DNA of 64,000 bases from an uncultured Desulfatitalea sp. (lineage in GTDB: Bacteria; Desulfobacterota; Desulfobacteria; Desulfobacterales; Desulfosarcinaceae): the NCBI GenBank assembly GCA_963668675.2, contig CAXXMB010000002.1:1728001-1792000 (forward strand), in the 5' to 3' direction. The first letter of the stretch is position 1; the number at the start of each line of letters is the position of its first letter. Under the pieces are notes generated by a model. That model did not search any database, was not told the origin of the DNA, and was given only the letters and a program-made list of their open reading frames with translations. A program made the translations under genes and the position numbers. This document shows positions 20,575 through 29,994 of this stretch, piece after piece.

Positions 20575-22533
20575 ATGGCAGACAATGGAAATAAAGAACC
20601 AATGGGAAATTTGACGGATAAGCTTCGATCCCTCTTCAGCTCAAGCAGCCATCCGAAAAATGAGACGGGGTTGCCACCGAAAACGCGTTTCAGCATCTGG
20701 TATTTCGTGATCGCCATGATATTTTTTTCTTACCTGCAGCAAAACTATTTTTCTGCAAAAGTGGAGACGATTTCATATAGTCAATTTAAGAAGCACGTCT
20801 CCGAAGGAATCGTGGATAAATTGGTCATCGGCCCTGAGAATATCAAAGGAACACTCACAGGATCGTCAGTGCAGGAGTTTACCACCGTCCGCGTGAATGA
20901 TCCCGACCTGGTGAGGGAACTGGATGAACGCAACGTCAGCTATTCCGGACGATATGAAAATCGATTTCTGGGCAGTCTTCTCTCCTGGATTCTGCCACTT
21001 GCCTTCTTTTTCCTGATCTGGCGATTTGCCATGAAAAAAATGGGTCCGGGGATGGGGGTCATGTCTTTCAGCAAGAGCAAGGCCAAAATTTTTGCGGAGA
21101 GTGATACCCAGGTCTCCTTCGCCGATGTGGCCGGCATCGATGAGGCCAGAGAGGAGCTCCAGGAAGTGGTTGAATTTTTGATCACGCCGGAAAAATTTCA
21201 AAAGTTGGGGGGCAGGATTCCCAAAGGGGTGCTGCTGGTTGGCCCGCCGGGCACCGGCAAAACCCTTCTCGCCAGGGCAGTGGCCGGGGAGGCCAAAGTG
21301 CCTTTCTTCAGTATAAGCGGGTCCGAGTTTGTGGAGATGTTCGTCGGCGTGGGAGCAGCGCGCGTTCGCGACCTTTTCTCCCAGGCTGCGGCGCAGGCGC
21401 CCTGTATCATATTTATCGACGAACTGGATGCATTAGGCAAGGCTCGAGGGATGAATGTAATGGGTGGGCATGACGAACGCGAGCAAACGCTAAACCAGCT
21501 CCTGGTTGAAATGGATGGGTTCGAAACGAATAAAGGGGTTATCATCATGGCCGCTACCAACCGGCCTGAAATTCTGGATCCCGCATTGCTGCGCCCAGGT
21601 CGACTGGACCGGCAAGTCTTAGTCGACCGCCCGGATATCAATGGCCGCGAAGCCATTCTGACGATCCATTCCAAAGATGTACTGTTGGGACCTGAAGTCG
21701 ATTTGCGCAAAATCGCCGGCCGCACCCCGGGCTTTGTGGGCGCAGACTTGGCGAACATCATCAACGAAGCTGCGTTGCTGGCTGCCCGAAACGATAAGGA
21801 AATAGTAGAATTGTCGGATTTCGACGAGGCCATCGACCGTGTGGTTGCGGGTTTGCAGAAAAAGAACCGCGTGATGAATGCCCAGGAGAAGAAAATCGTC
21901 GCTTTTCATGAGGCGGGACATGCGATTGTGGCCGAGTCTGTCGAGCATGCCGACCCCGTGCATAAGATCTCCATTATCCCCCGTGGGATTGCGGCGCTGG
22001 GATATACCCAGCAGCAACCCACTGAGGATCGCTATTTGATGACGCGCTCGGAGCTGCTGGACCGACTGGCTGTTCTGCTCGGTGGCAGGGTGGCCGAGGA
22101 ACTGGTTTTCGAGGAAATCTCCACCGGCGCCCAGAACGACCTGCAGAGGGCTTCGGATATTGTCCGGTCCATGGTCACGGAATATGGCATGAGCGATCGC
22201 CTGGGACTGGTGAGCTATGAGCGCCCACGCCAAGCGCTTTTTCTGCCGGAAAGTTTTTCTCCGCCCAAAAATTACAGTGAAGCCAAAGCCGCCCAGATAG
22301 ACGAAGAGGTCGCCCGCTTTGTCGAGGAAGCCCATCAGCGCGTGAGAAAAATCCTCTCTGAGCGGCGCACCGTTCTTGATGATTTGGCCCATCTCCTTTC
22401 TGAAAAGGAGAGTGTGCAGGGAGAAGAGCTTAGAGAAATGTTGTCGGCAGCAACACCTGGAGAGGAAACATTGCCGCCCGAACAGTCATTCGCACACATT
22501 GCCGAAGAAAAGGATATGACCAAGGCCAACTGA
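20575..22533 (+). CDS. ftsH: ATP-dependent zinc metalloprotease FtsH (accessory paralog)
   Basis: Two TM helices, [16 protein letters not shown], second region of homology, HEAGH. Confidence 0.97.
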   Translation: MADNGNKEPMGNLTDKLRSLFSSSSHPKNETGLPPKTRFSIWYFVIAMIFFSYLQQNYFSAKVETISYSQFKKHVSEGIVDKLVIGPENIKGTLTGSSVQEFTTVRVNDPDLVRELDERNVSYSGRYENRFLGSLLSWILPLAFFFLIWRFAMKKMGPGMGVMSFSKSKAKIFAESDTQVSFADVAGIDEAREELQEVVEFLITPEKFQKLGGRIPKGVLLVGPPGTGKTLLARAVAGEAKVPFFSISGSEFVEMFVGVGAARVRDLFSQAAAQAPCIIFIDELDALGKARGMNVMGGHDEREQTLNQLLVEMDGFETNKGVIIMAATNRPEILDPALLRPGRLDRQVLVDRPDINGREAILTIHSKDVLLGPEVDLRKIAGRTPGFVGADLANIINEAALLAARNDKEIVELSDFDEAIDRVVAGLQKKNRVMNAQEKKIVAFHEAGHAIVAESVEHADPVHKISIIPRGIAALGYTQQQPTEDRYLMTRSELLDRLAVLLGGRVAEELVFEEISTGAQNDLQRASDIVRSMVTEYGMSDRLGLVSYERPRQALFLPESFSPPKNYSEAKAAQIDEEVARFVEEAHQRVRKILSERRTVLDDLAHLLSEKESVQGEELREMLSAATPGEETLPPEQSFAHIAEEKDMTKAN

Positions 22534-22559
22534 ATACTGAGAAAAAGGACAACCTTGCA

Positions 22560-23780
22560 GTGACCCGCACTCATCTCAACAATCAGTTTACGCTGTTGCA
22601 AAACGGCGAAGAATATTTTCCGGCGATTGAAGCGGCGTTGGATCGGGCGGCCAATGAAATTTATTTGGAAAGCTATATTTTCGAAAATGACAATACCGGC
22701 CGTCGCATTGTGGAAGCGCTCAGACGGGCAGCATTGCGTGGGGTAAACACCCATGTGCTGATCGACGGATTCGGTTCAAGCAGGTTTCCGAAAAGCATGA
22801 TCGATTACCTTGAAGCGACTGGCGTAAAGGTAATGAAATTCCGGCCCAAGATATCGCCCTGGACGATGCGGCGCCTGCGGCTGCGCCGCTTGCACCGGAA
22901 AATTGTGGTCGTGGATCAAGCGACTGCCTTCGTCGGTGGCATTAATATCATCGATGATAAGGACGGTCCTGATAAACTATCGATGCGTTATGACTTCGCT
23001 GTAATGGTTGAAGGACCGCTTGCACAAGAAATTCGGAATTCGACCGCCCAGGTCTGGACCCGCGTGGTCTGGACCCGCTTGCGCCGTTACTGGAGACCGA
23101 ACAGCGAGAGACCAACGCATTCAAGCGAATCCAACAGGCACACGCGCTCAGCTTTCCTGGTAAGGGATAATATCCGCCATCGCCGCGATATTGAAAATGC
23201 CTATCTGCAGGCGATTGAACAGGCCCAATTTGAAACCATTCTTGCGAACGCCTATTTTTTACCTGGATTGAATTTGCGGCATGCGCTTGTGAATGCCGCC
23301 GGGCGAGGTGTCCGGGTGGTTTTGCTCCTGCAAGGCAGGGTGGATCACCCATTGCTGTACTATGCCTCGCGCGCCTTATATGGCAGTTTTCTCGATGCCG
23401 GCATTGAAATCCATGAATACCACAAGAGTCTTATGCACGCCAAAGTTGCTGTGATCGATGAACACTGGGCGACGGTGGGGTCCTCAAATCTTGATCCTTT
23501 CAGCCTGCTGCTTTCTCTCGAAGCCAATGTCGTTGTTGACGATGAAAATTTTGCCACCGAATTAAAGCAATGCCTGAACCTGGCCATCAAGATAGGGACG
23601 GAGCGCATATTTGCGGACAACTGGAAAGCGCAGGCCATCGGGCTGCGTCTGGGGAGCTGGCTGTGCTATGGTTTGGTGCGATTCATGACAGGAATCGCCG
23701 GCTATGCCCCTGGCAGAGCATCCGGCCATGGGCAATCAAACGGTCGGGAAGAGGAAACGCTTTCAAGCAACCGGAAATGA
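22560..23780 (+). CDS. clsB: Cardiolipin synthase B
   Basis: Two HKD motifs (HRKIVVVD, HAKVAVID), no N-terminal TM; GTG start. Confidence 0.9.
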   Translation: MTRTHLNNQFTLLQNGEEYFPAIEAALDRAANEIYLESYIFENDNTGRRIVEALRRAALRGVNTHVLIDGFGSSRFPKSMIDYLEATGVKVMKFRPKISPWTMRRLRLRRLHRKIVVVDQATAFVGGINIIDDKDGPDKLSMRYDFAVMVEGPLAQEIRNSTAQVWTRVVWTRLRRYWRPNSERPTHSSESNRHTRSAFLVRDNIRHRRDIENAYLQAIEQAQFETILANAYFLPGLNLRHALVNAAGRGVRVVLLLQGRVDHPLLYYASRALYGSFLDAGIEIHEYHKSLMHAKVAVIDEHWATVGSSNLDPFSLLLSLEANVVVDDENFATELKQCLNLAIKIGTERIFADNWKAQAIGLRLGSWLCYGLVRFMTGIAGYAPGRASGHGQSNGREEETLSSNRK

Positions 23781-23809
23781 ATCATATCCCTATCCACCTC
23801 GTAAAATGT

Positions 23810-23955
23810 CGGAAAACGGCATTCCCATTGAATGGGTGCGGTTGATGAAAGAAACCATTAAGAGCACCGCAGCTGGTTTCTCCGCGCGTCGCATGGTCAA
23901 GCAATACATTGAAAAGTTCTATTCCAGCAGTATTGAAAAGACGCTGGAAGTGTAG
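23810..23955 (+). pseudogene. glgP: Extreme C-terminal remnant of alpha-glucan (glycogen) phosphorylase
   Basis: NGIPIEWVRLMKETIKSTAAGFSARRMVKQYIEKFY matches the phosphorylase C-terminal FSxxRMVxxY motif. Confidence 0.7.
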
Positions 23956-23991
23956 TGACTCATAAAAACACCTAAAAGGGAGGTTGTTTAA

Positions 23992-24456
23992 ATGAAAAAA
24001 GCACTGTTTGAAAAAGGATTGTTGATAATAATACTGCTGGCACTGGTAGCCGTGCAGGGTTGCGGTGAGAAGGAAAAACCCCAGAGCAAGGCCGCAGCCA
24101 TGTCCAAGGAGGACGTCAAGAAGGAAGTCAAGGAAGCTTATGAGGCAACCAAAGCTTACACCCAGGAGCAGATGCAGGCCTTTCGACAGGAAACGGAAAC
24201 CAAACTCGATGAATACAAGAAGGACATAGATCAACTGCAGGCAAAGGCGGAAACGCTGGAAGGGGAAGCGAAGGCGAAAGCCGAACAACAACTGACAGCG
24301 TTGCGTCAAAAAAGAGATGAGGTGTCTGAAAAGCTCAAGAATCTGAGTTCTTCCGGCGGTAATGCGTGGGAGGAAATAAAGTCCGGTATCGATGCGGCCA
24401 TGCAAGAGTTGGGCGACGCTTACCAAAAGGCTGCGGCCGAGTTCAGCAAAAATTGA
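23992..24456 (+). CDS. Lipoprotein with sll1863-like coiled-coil domain
   Basis: Lipobox VQGC; K/E/A-rich helices; AWEEIKSG motif. Confidence 0.85.
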   Translation: MKKALFEKGLLIIILLALVAVQGCGEKEKPQSKAAAMSKEDVKKEVKEAYEATKAYTQEQMQAFRQETETKLDEYKKDIDQLQAKAETLEGEAKAKAEQQLTALRQKRDEVSEKLKNLSSSGGNAWEEIKSGIDAAMQELGDAYQKAAAEFSKN

Positions 24457-24507
24457 GGCGGAACTTGGCCTCTTTAATAGCCGCTTTAATAACAAAGGAA
24501 GTGCCTT

Positions 24508-25449
24508 ATGAGCAAAAAAGACGAGTACAAAAAAAAGATAGAGGCCGAGGTGGAATTGGTGCAGGCCAAATTGGCTGAATGGAAGGCCAATGTAAAGAAT
24601 ACCGCCGAAGACGCTCGGATCAAATATGCCAAGCAGGTGGACGAGCTTGAGCAGAAGATGGAAACCACGAAGGCCAGGCTGAAGGAACTTGGCGAGGGCG
24701 GCGAGGATGCTTGGGAACGACTTAAGGACGGTGTTGAGGGTGCTTGGGATGCCTTAAGCGCTGCCGTTCGAGGTATGCGTCAACCAACCGCCAATGAAAC
24801 GCAGGACGATATCAAACTTAGAGGCACAGGCAATTCCCCGGCTGAGCAGGCAGCGTCGCCCCATGTCCTACCACCTCTGCCGTATGCCGAGAACGCATTG
24901 GAGCCTGTCATTAGCGCCCGCACGATCGGTTTTCATTTCGGGAAGCATCACAAGGGCTATGTGGATAATCTGAATAAGCTTGTCGCAGGAACGGAATATG
25001 CCGACCTGTCATTGGAGAAGATTATCAGCATTACCACAGGACGAACCGAAAAAGCTGCGATCTTTAACAACGCGGCGCAAATCTGGAACCACACGTTCTA
25101 CTGGAAAAGCATGAGATCCAAGGGTGGCGGCGCACCGCCAGCTGCACTTAAGAAAAAAATGGAGTCTTCCTTCGGCAGCGTGGACGCCTGCAAGCAAGAG
25201 ATCGTCGCCGCAGCCGTTTCACAGTTCGGCAGCGGTTGGGCTTGGCTCGTCCTTGATGGAGACAGGATTAAGGTCGTAAAGACCGCCAACGCCGATGTCC
25301 CTTTGACCAAAGGTCTGAAACCACTACTGGCCTTGGACGTATGGGAGCATGCATATTACCTGGATTATCAGAATCGCCGCTCCGATTATGTCAATGCCGT
25401 TCTCGACAAGCTGATCAACTGGGAATTTGCCTTGCACAACACCGGCTAA
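24508..25449 (+). CDS. sodB: Fe-superoxide dismutase with fused N-terminal coiled-coil domain
   Basis: [36 protein letters not shown]; the first ~88 aa are sll1863-like (AWERLKDG). Confidence 0.9.
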   Translation: MSKKDEYKKKIEAEVELVQAKLAEWKANVKNTAEDARIKYAKQVDELEQKMETTKARLKELGEGGEDAWERLKDGVEGAWDALSAAVRGMRQPTANETQDDIKLRGTGNSPAEQAASPHVLPPLPYAENALEPVISARTIGFHFGKHHKGYVDNLNKLVAGTEYADLSLEKIISITTGRTEKAAIFNNAAQIWNHTFYWKSMRSKGGGAPPAALKKKMESSFGSVDACKQEIVAAAVSQFGSGWAWLVLDGDRIKVVKTANADVPLTKGLKPLLALDVWEHAYYLDYQNRRSDYVNAVLDKLINWEFALHNTG

Positions 25450-25493
25450 TGGCAGCAACATTAAGGTCGGCTTTAACAAAGGAGATAAGCAAC

Positions 25494-25703
25494 ATGGCCA
25501 AACACGATGAAGGGATGAATGAAAAGAATATGAGTGCCAGATCCAAAGCCGAATTTTTTAGATATGCCGGTATTGGATCGGAGCTTGCCAATTTCCTGAC
25601 TGAATTTTTCGAACAACCCGATATTATATTTTCGATTCCTAATGAAAGACGCCTCGAACTTGAACTTCAGATGGATGCGATTCTATGTTCGTTTGAACAA
25701 TGA
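25494..25703 (+). CDS. Small hypothetical protein
   Basis: AAGGAG SD before ATG; 69 aa. Confidence 0.45.
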   Translation: MAKHDEGMNEKNMSARSKAEFFRYAGIGSELANFLTEFFEQPDIIFSIPNERRLELELQMDAILCSFEQ

Positions 25704-25893
25704 TGAACGCTGCACTCAAATCGATCCTTGCCCGAAGACAGACCTGACTCCTTTTCCAAATAAGCTATCGATTTAAGACAAATGGAAACACCATGCAATC
25801 GATCACCAACGACGACACAACAGACACGGTCCATCGAGTGAAAAAAGGCGCAAAGATTGAAATCATCAAAAGAGAGAAAAGGAGAGGGTTTTA

Positions 25894-27375
25894 ATGGTAA
25901 CGCAGTCAGTCGCAAGACGAAATGGTGCCCTGGAACAGATCGCCCACAGGGCTATGCTGGATTATGGCTTGTTGCCCGATTTCTCGGCGGATGTCGTTGA
26001 CGAATTGGAGGCGGTGCAGATAGAGAATCAGAATCATGCGGCTGAATTTGTCGGGTTAGACCTTCGTCACCTGTTATGGGTATCCATCGACAATCATGAT
26101 TCCCTGGATCTGGACCAACTGACCGTGGCGGAAGCGCTTACGGACACGAAGGTGAAAGTTTTGGTGGCTGTCGCCGACGTGGCTGACCTCGTCAAAAAGA
26201 ACTCGGCCATCGATGCCCATGCCCGCTACAACACGACCTCGGTCTACACCGCCGGCGGGATCTTTCCCATGCTGCCGGAGAAACTCTCAACGGATCTCAC
26301 CTCGCTCAATTATCATGAAGACCGCCCGGCCATGATCATCGAAATGGTGATCGACGACGGGGGTGTAATGCAAGGCGCGACCATCTATCGCGCCCGGGTA
26401 CGCAACCAGGCCAAACTCGCCTATAACAGTGTGGCGGCCTGGCTGGAAGGCAAGGGCCCCATGCCGGCGGCCGTGGCGGCGGTGCCGGGGCTGAACAAGA
26501 ATCTCCGGCTCCAGGACAGGGTTGCCCAGCAGTTAAAAGCCCTGCGGCATGAGCATGGGGCCTTGGATCTGCAGACACTGGAAGCCCGCCCCGTCTTTGC
26601 CGGAGACGAGATTCAGGATCTGCGAGCAGACGAACGCAACCGGGCCAAGGAGATCATCGAGGATTTTATGATTGCGGCCAACGGGGTGACCGCTCGTCTC
26701 CTGCACACGAAGAAGGTCGCCTCCCTGAGACGCATGGTCCGCTCTCCCAAGCGTTGGGACCGGATCGTCGAGGTCGCCGCCCAAAACGATTTCAAACTTC
26801 CCGCCCATCCGGATTCCAAGTCGCTCGAAGGGTTCCTGGCCGCGCAGAAAGCCGCCGATCCGCTCCGCTTTCCCGACCTGTCGCTGGCCGTCATCAAACT
26901 GCTCGGGCCGGGCGAGTATGTCGTCGAAGACCCGGACGATGCGGCCCCCGGCCACTTCGGCCTGGCCGTCAAGGACTATACGCACTCAACAGCTCCCAAC
27001 CGGCGGTTTCCGGATCTGATCACCCAGCGTATCCTGAAGGCCGCAATTGAGGGATACAGCCTGCCCTACAGCCGGGACGAATTGACGGATCTGGCCCGCC
27101 ACTGCACGCAGAAGGAAAATGATGCCAACAAGGTGGAGCGACGGGTGACCAAATCGGCTGCGGCCATGCTGCTCTCCTCGAGAATCGGAGACCGGTTTGA
27201 CGCCATCTGCACGGGTGCAGCCCAAAAAGGTACCTGGGTTCGCATGTTGCAACCACCTGTCGAGGGCCGCTTGCTCTATGGCTTCGAAGGCGTCGATGTG
27301 GGCCAGCGGCTCAAGGTGCAACTGATCCACACGGATGTGCAGAAGGGGTATATCGATTTTAAAAAAACCAAATGA
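25894..27375 (+). CDS. RNB-domain exoribonuclease (RNase II/R family, short form)
   Basis: SIDNHDSLDLDQ, HFGLAVKDYTHSTAPNRRFPDL, C-terminal S1-like domain. Confidence 0.92.
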   Translation: MVTQSVARRNGALEQIAHRAMLDYGLLPDFSADVVDELEAVQIENQNHAAEFVGLDLRHLLWVSIDNHDSLDLDQLTVAEALTDTKVKVLVAVADVADLVKKNSAIDAHARYNTTSVYTAGGIFPMLPEKLSTDLTSLNYHEDRPAMIIEMVIDDGGVMQGATIYRARVRNQAKLAYNSVAAWLEGKGPMPAAVAAVPGLNKNLRLQDRVAQQLKALRHEHGALDLQTLEARPVFAGDEIQDLRADERNRAKEIIEDFMIAANGVTARLLHTKKVASLRRMVRSPKRWDRIVEVAAQNDFKLPAHPDSKSLEGFLAAQKAADPLRFPDLSLAVIKLLGPGEYVVEDPDDAAPGHFGLAVKDYTHSTAPNRRFPDLITQRILKAAIEGYSLPYSRDELTDLARHCTQKENDANKVERRVTKSAAAMLLSSRIGDRFDAICTGAAQKGTWVRMLQPPVEGRLLYGFEGVDVGQRLKVQLIHTDVQKGYIDFKKTK

Positions 27376-27583
27376 ATCCTGCGAATAGCGCCATGGGGGA
27401 TGAATTGACGATGCTGCCGCATATCACCATTGGCCTCACGGCCGTCAGCCGGTTGTGGGCCATCTCTTTCTGTCTCACGCGGGAATCCGTAAAAAACGGT
27501 CTCGAGTTCGATGCTACCAAACCGATCAGCCGGGAGTACGAAGCGTTTCTGCTCAAATCAAACCACTAAGAAAGGACTTAACC

Positions 27584-28936
27584 ATGCCAATACTTTACGC
27601 TAAAGCCAAACTCGGCCCTCTATCATTCCAGAACCATCTGGTCATGTCGCCGATGACGCGCAGTCGCGCCACCGAAAATATGCCGAACGCGCTCATGGCG
27701 AAATATTATGCGCAACGTGCCTCGGCCGGACTCATTATTACCGAGGGCACTTCGCCCTCACCCAATGGGTTGGGTTACCCACGCATACCGGGAATATTTT
27801 CCCCGGCCCAGGTCGAGGGCTGGAAACGCACTACCGATGCGGTGCACGCCAAGGGCGCGAAGATATTCATCCAGATCATGCACTGTGGCCGAATCGCCCA
27901 TCCGCTGAATCTGCCAGCGGGGGCCCACGTCCTGGCGCCTTCGGCCGTGAAGGCCGCCGGCGAGATGAACACGGATGCCGAGGGTAAAAAGCCCCATCCC
28001 GTGCCCCAGGCCATGACCGCCGCGGATATCAAGGCCACCATCGCAGAGTATGTTCAAGCCGCGCAAAACGCCGTGAAAGCAGGTTTTGACGGCATCGAGC
28101 TGCACAGCGCGAACGGCTATCTGCTCGAACAGTTCATCCGTCCGAACACGAATCAACGCAAGGATGATTACGGCGGTCCCATCGAGAACCGTGCGCGATT
28201 TGTGCTGGAAACGGCCAAGGCAGTAATTGACGCCATCGGCAAGCAGATGGTGGGCATCCGCCTTTCGCCCTTCGGCGTATTCAACGATATGCCCTTGTAC
28301 GACGCGATGATGGCGGATTACACCTACCTGGCCCAACAACTCAACACCCTCGGCCTGGTTTATATCCACCTTGTGGATCACTCGTCCATGGGCACACCGC
28401 CGGTACCCGATGCCATCAAAACGACATTCCGCAAGCTATTCAAGCCCACCTTAATTCTCTCCGGTGGTTACGATGCCGAGCGTGCCGAGAGCGACCTGGT
28501 TGCGGGCAAATGCGATCTCATCGCCGTGGGGCGACCTTTCCTTGCCAACCCCGACCTGGTGGAAAGATGGAGAACCGGTGCGGCATTAAACGTGCCGGAT
28601 ATGGATACGTTTTATACATCGGGACCCGAGGGGTACACCGACTATCCGGCACTATTTAACCCGAAGCGTGGAGGTAAAATCATGGATAACGGCGCACTAT
28701 GTGAAAAAATACGTCAACTTTATCCGGATATAGGCGAATGCGGTATTGATGTAAGGGCTGAATATGATGAAGCCCAAAAAGCTTGGGTGGTTTATTTAAA
28801 GAGAGACAACCAGGCATTGAAGACCTATCTCGACGAGGGCGACGCCGAGAAGTGCATGATAGGAAACAAGTGTGTGGGCTTGAGCATTCAAGTTGCTCAA
28901 TTGAGGGGAAATATCGAAGAACTATCCGGTGATTGA
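27584..28936 (+). CDS. Old yellow enzyme alkene reductase (NemA-like) reading in frame into a small downstream gene
   Basis: MSPMTRSRA, YYAQRA, ELHSANGYL, GRPFLANPDL, GYTDYP; 84-aa C-terminal part has its own GGAGG+ATG at 28682. Confidence 0.88.
   Translation: MPILYAKAKLGPLSFQNHLVMSPMTRSRATENMPNALMAKYYAQRASAGLIITEGTSPSPNGLGYPRIPGIFSPAQVEGWKRTTDAVHAKGAKIFIQIMHCGRIAHPLNLPAGAHVLAPSAVKAAGEMNTDAEGKKPHPVPQAMTAADIKATIAEYVQAAQNAVKAGFDGIELHSANGYLLEQFIRPNTNQRKDDYGGPIENRARFVLETAKAVIDAIGKQMVGIRLSPFGVFNDMPLYDAMMADYTYLAQQLNTLGLVYIHLVDHSSMGTPPVPDAIKTTFRKLFKPTLILSGGYDAERAESDLVAGKCDLIAVGRPFLANPDLVERWRTGAALNVPDMDTFYTSGPEGYTDYPALFNPKRGGKIMDNGALCEKIRQLYPDIGECGIDVRAEYDEAQKAWVVYLKRDNQALKTYLDEGDAEKCMIGNKCVGLSIQVAQLRGNIEELSGD
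28682..28936 (+). CDS. Small hypothetical protein, probably independently initiated
   Basis: GGAGG SD and ATG; LCEKIRQLYPDIGECGIDV, Cys-containing. Confidence 0.65.
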   Translation: MDNGALCEKIRQLYPDIGECGIDVRAEYDEAQKAWVVYLKRDNQALKTYLDEGDAEKCMIGNKCVGLSIQVAQLRGNIEELSGD

Positions 28937-29274
28937 TGAAATTGCTTCTCGAAAATACGATATATGAGATTCAGGCAAGTCAAAAGTTTTATACTTTTAA
29001 TGTGCTAAGTAAAACTCATATTTCTTTCTGCGGATCACCTCATGAACATCCCCATGACCCTGAGACGATAATTCTAATTGTAAATCCTTTAAGCACTTTT
29101 TCCTCTTATTATGAATTCAGAATCAAGGATATCTCATATATAACAAAACTTCCCAGTCTTGTTAGCCCGGAAGGAGAAGCCATCCTCATGGCTCGAATTT
29201 GGGTAAAAAAGGGAAGCATCGGCATTCGCTCCAGCCCTTTTTGTGTTGAACACCAATATACTGTTGTCCCTTAA
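28933..29274 (+). CDS. Hypothetical protein (low GC)
   Basis: 113-aa ORF overlapping the upstream stop; FCGSPHEHPHDP and RIWVKKGS segments. Confidence 0.65.
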   Translation: MMKLLLENTIYEIQASQKFYTFNVLSKTHISFCGSPHEHPHDPETIILIVNPLSTFSSYYEFRIKDISYITKLPSLVSPEGEAILMARIWVKKGSIGIRSSPFCVEHQYTVVP

Positions 29275-29361
29275 GATTGATGGACTTGTATTAAGTCCGA
29301 TTTTACCATGAAGCGCATGAAGATCATGAAGGAAAAATATTACATCAAAGGGAGAAGAAAA

Positions 29362-29739
29362 ATGGCCAAAAAACTGGAAGTTTACAAGTGTGACGTTTGC
29401 GGAAATATAGTCGAAGTATTGCATGGCGGCGAAGGTGAACTGGTCTGTTGCGGCCAGCCGATGAAATTGCAAACTGAAAATACGATGGATGCCGCCAAGG
29501 AAAAACATGTGCCGGTCATTGAGAAGATTTCCGGCGGCGTCAAGGTCAAGATTGGCAGTGTCGCGCATCCCATGGAAGAAAAACACGCTATTGAATGGAT
29601 AGAGATTATTGCCGACGGCAAGGCATATCGGCAGTTTTTAAAGCCGGGGGATAAACCGGAATCGACCTTCCAGATTAAGGCTGAAAAGATTCGGGCAAGA
29701 GAGTACTGCAATCTTCATGGCCTTTGGAGTGGACAATAG
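29362..29739 (+). CDS. dfx: Desulfoferrodoxin (2Fe superoxide reductase)
   Basis: YKCDVCGN...LVCCG desulforedoxin domain; EKHVP, HPM, YCNLHG. Confidence 0.97.
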   Translation: MAKKLEVYKCDVCGNIVEVLHGGEGELVCCGQPMKLQTENTMDAAKEKHVPVIEKISGGVKVKIGSVAHPMEEKHAIEWIEIIADGKAYRQFLKPGDKPESTFQIKAEKIRAREYCNLHGLWSGQ

Positions 29740-29809
29740 ACTCGCTGCAGGCAATTTTACCCCATCGGGTGACGAAAGTTGCAAAAGATAAAGAGGGTGG
29801 TGTCGGTGT

Positions 29810-29972
29810 ATGACAATCACTGACACCACCATCTTCGAGAAGGCGATTGCGGGCAGCCACCATTACGACGTGGACATTCGGGCCATGACACTTGAGGGCA
29901 AAGGCACCGCAGTCATTTACGAAGCCCTCAGTCAGCGCGACGTGCGGAGCGCCGACGACGCGTTCCGGCCGC
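29810..29972 (+). pseudogene. tal: Transaldolase internal fragment
   Basis: TTIFEKAIAGSHHYDVDI...[19 protein letters not shown] resembles the xNPSIFEKAI region. Confidence 0.7.
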
Positions 29973-29994
29973 GGCCGAGTTCACAACTCTCATT

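Noticed and set aside
27372..27569. 65-aa ORF between RNB and OYE
   Set aside because: No recognisable family; may be another remnant
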